Positions 37,121-42,280 of a stretch of 42,280 bases of DNA are shown piece by piece. The DNA lies in the NCBI RefSeq assembly GCF_001194135.2, contig NC_068982.1, forward strand, positions 118,142,016 to 118,184,295, read 5' to 3'. Source of the stretch: Octopus bimaculoides. Lineage: Eukaryota. The notes under the pieces are model-generated. The model had not been told where the DNA came from. It made no database searches and saw only the letters and a program-made list of their open reading frames with translations. Both the position numbers and the translations under genes were made by a program. Position 1 is the first letter of the stretch. Every line of letters begins with the position of its first letter.

Positions 37121-37910
37121 TAGTGTAAATTAGTAGGAAGAGAATGGAATTGATGCGATGAAATGTAGCTATGCATGATGGGACTTTCTACTTTTTTCCT
37201 CTGGACTCACGTGACATATAAGCTCTTCTCAACTTCACTAGAAATTTCACACTTAAAATGCAATGGAAATCTATAACGTATTTTACATTCTGATGGTTAC
37301 TGCAGCAATATCAACAGCTAAGTCTAACAATAACCATCAAAGACAACAGCTATAACAGCATATACAACTGCTACAACAATGGTAACTATAACAAACGACA
37401 ACAGGAATAACTACAACAAGAAGAATACTGGAGCAAAAGAAAGTAATTTCTCAAAACCGCAATATTCTTCAAAGGTCCGTTTAAAGAATTATTGATTGTA
37501 AAGTTTTGTTTAGAATACAAACCTATTTTATTAGTTACACTTTAGCACGCAACATGAAGGTATGGGAATCGCTTTTTATATGACATTGCATATAAATTGT
37601 TTATTATAAAGTTAACTCATTTGATTGAGTGAGCTTTTTGATTTCCTTTTTTTTTTCTTCTTCAGTATTTTGCCGTCTTTTCTTTCCATACCGAGCATGA
37701 CATTGGTATGCCACAAGTGGCGTACATACAATTAAAAATGTCATTTACATAATTTTTGTTTTGCAACATTTTACTGAGTGAAATCTTTAGAAAAGAAATT
37801 TCAAAATGAAAAGCTGTGTCACAAAAATAAAGTAAAAATATGTTAAATAAACAAAGTGAATTGATAAAATGAAATTAAACATAAAAACATTAAAACCTGC
37901 ACATGTTAGC

Positions 37911-37957
<47 letters not shown>

Positions 37958-37966
37958 AAGTAGTAG
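37911..37966. repeat. (TAG)n microsatellite
   Basis: Directly visible. Confidence 0.95.
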
Positions 37967-38919
37967 AGTTTTTAAAAATAGTAATGGCCGTGAACGTGTG
38001 TTAAGGTAAACAAATATGATATCTAAATGCACGATTTTACTGTATGGCATGCTCTGTTAATTTGCAAAGATGACAGGCAATTTTCACACAGAGTAAAAAT
38101 GTGAAAAAAAAACAAAAAAAAACAATTTTACTTGGTTTGTGAATGTTATTGTAAAAAAGAACATTATTTTTGATGTAAGTCTATATTTATGTGATTACTG
38201 TTTTTACTGGCATTACTGAGCTAATATTTTAGTTTAGGAGAGGAGGTAACATAATATATAATACATCTGAAAAGTTTATATATCATTTAAATATTGTAAT
38301 TTTAAAAATGATCTTTGAAAATATTGTTTTTTTTCCATATGCGTTTTCATCCACACACACATATATGGCATATGTGCGTGTGTATGTGAGTGTATGTGTG
38401 AGTGTGAGTGTGTGTGTGTATGTATTTGTATGTATGTGGGTGTATTCATATTATATTTATATATTGCTATGATACAAGCAAACTGAACAAATTCATTCTA
38501 TGACCAGTGAAAATCATAGCATCATTGAGGTGTACATTCCGTTGGCTTTTGAATGTTTTTGAATATTGAGGTGCATATTTTTACCAGAGGAAAACTTTTT
38601 TTTTCTACTGATGTAATGTCTTCATTAATCAATTAAAAAATCATTGGAAACAACTGTAGTGAATTGACAAGTTATCTCTCTGTTTTTATTTATTATTCAC
38701 CTCTCAGAATCTGCTGCTTGCGTAGTTCTCAAGTATATTATGGACAGTATATTTAGTACAATGTGCATTCCTAGATTAGCCTGACGGCAATTGATATAGC
38801 CAGTCGGATACAGTTAATCGTATACAGCCTGAATATCTTTCTGTCTAAACTACGATACCCGCATATGTATTCTATTATTTTTGTTGTGTACACATTTTCA
38901 TAGTTGGGAGCATAGGTGG

Positions 38920-39060
38920 GAACAACATTGGCTACAACTGTCTGACTCCTGCCCTTCAGAAAACCATTCAACTACTCTCCCAGTTTCCCAGTAACCAGTG
39001 AAAGAGCAGCAGCAGCTGTGTGAGGCAGCTCCAACGTGGGTGGAAGCCATGTAAAGTATT
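38920..39060 (-). mobile_element. CR1/L2-type RT remnant
   Basis: LPHTAAAALSLVTGKLGE*LNGFLKGRSQTVVAN resembles 'VPH..LL.KL...G..G....W...FL..R.Q.V.VNG'. Confidence 0.5.
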
Positions 39061-39322
39061 GATGATATAGGCTGATGAACAAGAAATATATATAAACTAA
39101 TTACATCGAACCGAAATCTTGTTTAAAAAAAAATTAAAAAAACATTCGCCGTACACTTATCGCACCGAACATAAATACAAAATACGAGGTGCAAAATGCG
39201 TTGTTGGTATGTTTTTCTGCTAATAGCATGATATCATTAGATATGAATAATACTCTAGAATCATCGAAAGCGTATTAGTGATCCACATGGAACATTATAT
39301 ATATATATATATATATATATAT

Positions 39323-39515
39323 GGGAGAATATACAAAAAATAACAACAGACGAGGACAGGTGGTGTAAATAACAAAAGTATATATTAGTATGGCGGTCGG
39401 GAATACGGAAAGTCTTTGACGTTTCGAGCTACGCTCTTCAACAGAAAGAATACGGAGACAAGGAGAAAAACACGGAGAAAAAAAATTGAATAGTGTTCAG
39501 TCAACGGTCAATCAT
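39323..39515 (-). mobile_element. Short hammerhead-bearing repeat between (TA)n runs, probable Penelope pLTR remnant
   Basis: About 190 bp bounded by (TA)n on the left and TA plus gap on the right; contains a minimal hammerhead. Confidence 0.55.
39413..39449 (-). ncRNA. Minimal type-I hammerhead ribozyme with variant core (CUGUUGA)
   Basis: Minus strand reads TCTTT-CTGTTGA-a-GAGC gta GCTC-GAAA-CG-TC-AAAGA. Perfect 5 bp stem I and 4 bp stem II, CG stem III, GUC triplet. Confidence 0.8.
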
Positions 39516-39519
39516 ATAT

Positions 39520-39693
39520 NNNNNNNNNNNNNNNNNNNNNNNNNNNNNNNNNNNNNNNNNNNNNNNNNNNNNNNNNNNNNNNNNNNNNNNNNNNNNNNNN
39601 NNNNNNNNNNNNNNNNNNNNNNNNNNNNNNNNNNNNNNNNNNNNNNNNNNNNNNNNNNNNNNNNNNNNNNNNNNNNNNNNNNNNNNNNNNNNN
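39520..39693. other. Assembly gap (N run)
   Basis: N run. Confidence 1.
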
Positions 39694-41587
39694 GATCTAA
39701 AAAAATATCATCTAACGTAACAAACCAGTTGTATAAGTCGAAAGAACACTCGCCTCAAACATTCCTGCCCAGAAATCCAAAATAACAAGAATAAATTATG
39801 AAGGTTGCTCTTCGTAAGACGGCATCAAACACAACACATAGAGGATAATTGAAATTGCACTTTTTCACTACGCTGAACAGTATATGAGTTTCAAATGGCC
39901 TATCTCCTAGCGAGGACAAGATAGAACATGATGAGTTCTCGATAGCATCGACGATGACACTGGGGACCTGATGACAAGAATGTAATCAATCATAGCAGCA
40001 ATATCCCTATCACTTATAAGCTGGATAGGCAGAGGCTGAAGAGGAGAAACAGGCTAAACCAAATGGATAAAATAACAATGTAGCGATTAAATTGTGTGGT
40101 GGACATTGCTTGCAATGCTAAAAGAGCGTCTTATGAGGAACCCGAATTATCTAATGACAGCGCAATGGTGAACTGCTAGGTGCTACATGGTCCCCACTCG
40201 GATGCAAGAAACTTTACAAGAATAACACAATTCAAATAAGATTTTCATAAAATAAATACAAGTGACATGGAAAACAAGGGAAAAAAGTGGAATAGGATGA
40301 AATTTTCAACAGTATAAAACCTACGGAAAAATACTATAAAATATTATAACATTACTCATCGCTAAGCCAATTTAGCACAAAGCATTCTTACAGAGAGATT
40401 ACAATCTCCACCCCAAAACACTAAACGAAGATTGCATAGTGAGAACATTATCAGAAAGATGGGTTACCTTCATCGATGGTAATGGAGGTTAAATGTTAAC
40501 ATCTTCTTTATAATTATTGCGTTTATTGAACGATACGTCAGTTATATACTTTATTAATATAAAAGTTGTCCGACATAGGTTAAATAATTATTACACACAA
40601 GTTATTATGGATCTTGATATTTGATTGTGCTCCTATCATTAATGTTATATCCTGCTTTTAATTTAATAAACAAATATTATCGTAAACAGGTCTATGAATG
40701 TTCCTGTACATTTTCTTATTTTTAACACTTATTTTTCACTGAAACGATCAAGATAATATTCAAGCAATATTGTAATTAATATATTAAAAAAAATTAAATA
40801 AACCCACACTAAATTGGAAGTATTTAGTATATGGTAATGCGACTATCCTGTTACAGTGAGAACGTGAGCATGCGTGTACTAGAACATGTGTGTTTCTAAC
40901 GGCGTAAGCATATTATAGTAGGTGAGAATGTGTGTGTTCGTGTGAGAGAGGATAGAAAAAGAGAGTGTAGACACTCTATCATTATTAATAATATTCATCC
41001 AATCTGGTTTTAATTTTCATATTTAATAAAACTTGTTTACTCTGTTGATTTATGAAAATATGAAAAGCGGTATTTGTTTTTACAATATTTTTTTAAAGCG
41101 GGAGTCAAATAAAATATCCAGTATTTTTCGGTAAAGATGTTTATTTATATAATGAAATTTATTTAACCGATTAAATATACGGTTATAGAACAAGGCTACA
41201 CGTTTCGGGAAAATGCCTGCACAATGTTTCACAGCACCTCTGTTCGTCTTCATTTATTTGAACCAGGAATTTTGAAAATCAATTTGACGTGAGAGGGATT
41301 TTTGAATAATTGCCTAATTTCTCAGAAATGGACAGGAAACAAACTGTGTGATTTTAATGTTACAGTCATGAAAGCGGGGTTTTGTTGTAAATGATACCAT
41401 CTAAGCTTTCGTATCAATACTGTGAGAGGGACCGTTTGGGAGCCAGTATGATGCATTCGCATACACGCCCGTCAGCAGTACAGTTCCACAGACTTAAGCA
41501 TATGTCCATGGTCAGTAATTTATGCTGCGATAGCACAGCTGGTTTTCATTTAATTTTTCCGACAATAATTCCGTGGAGTTTTTGATT

Positions 41588-41590
41588 CTA

Positions 41591-41660
<70 letters not shown>
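41588..41660. repeat. (TCTA)n microsatellite
   Basis: Directly visible. Confidence 0.97.
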
Positions 41661-41949
41661 AACGTGTGTCTGTGAATGTGTATGTATGAATTTATGTATT
41701 TAGGTATATCTTTGATGTCACTGTGTATCTGTGCCTGTTTATGCATGTGTGTCTGTGAATTTTGCAAATAAACTCATAAGTGCCGCATGAGTCAGTAATC
41801 TACAGAACATAAAGGAATTCTCGAACATAGGACAGTTGTGAAGACAGTTTTAGAATCGGATAAACACCTTTTAGAAGACGGGAAAAAAGTGGCTAGCAAA
41901 CCTCCACAAGCAATGTAACCCTGCATCTAGTCGGAATTTCTCGTCATGA

Positions 41950-42060
41950 GTGTCTCGGCTAAATGGTTAGAGCGCTCAACCGGAATTTGAAGGACAACAG
42001 GTTCGATTCCTTGTAGATGTTTGATGGCAATTTTTCCCCGTCTTCTAAAGGATATTTACC
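41950..42060 (+). mobile_element. tRNA-like SINE head with downstream body fragment
   Basis: ctcggctaaatggttagagcg (A-box-like) and GGTTCGATTCC (B-box, 42000-42010); no complete cloverleaf. Confidence 0.65.
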
Positions 42061-42280
42061 CTTTACTTTAAGCTATCTTCACCGCTCCTCTGCCTTAGTG
42101 AATACCTTTATCTTCTGTAGCTTAACGACACACGCGCCACTTATAAGTCTGTTTACAGAATGTTTTCCATTGCAAAAAGCTATTATTTAGCATTATGATA
42201 TGACAGAGTTTTGCAAGTATACATTCATATATGCATACACATACACACACGCATATTATATATAGATATATATATACATA

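Noticed and set aside
36990-37133. Acidic poly-Asp ORF end
   Set aside because: (GAT/GAC)n simple repeat with no start, splice support or domain
39700-40450. Sequence with a decayed-coding, LINE-like look
   Set aside because: No diagnostic motif could be read in any frame

Overview
AT-rich animal genomic scaffold with seven N-gaps, abundant microsatellites and many decayed transposons. The repeat types suggest a cephalopod (octopus-like) genome, but that is inference only. No intact protein-coding gene, rRNA, true tRNA or CRISPR array is supported. Recognisable remnants: a Penelope-like element (RT traces plus GIY-YIG endonuclease); several R4/Dong-type RLE retrotransposons, four of them stacked around (TAA)n tracts at 27.6-32.5 kb; 3' and 5' pieces of a HERO-type RLE element; two mariner fragments; RTE- and CR1/L2-type RT traces; and several tRNA-derived SINEs. 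The most interesting signals are non-coding. (1) Three minimal type-I hammerhead ribozyme folds (6319-6368 +, 6691-6734 -, 39413-39449 -). One lies downstream of a tRNA-like Pol III head and a (TAA)n spacer; another is canonical except for a CUGUUGA core. (2) Four hairpins with near-identical G-[G/C]AAAG[A/G]-C loops at 20-21 nt spacing upstream of the HERO 5' ORF. (3) A ~180 bp inverted repeat enclosing a Dong RT remnant. A few phase-compatible candidate exons at 12.8-19.0 kb are reported at low confidence.
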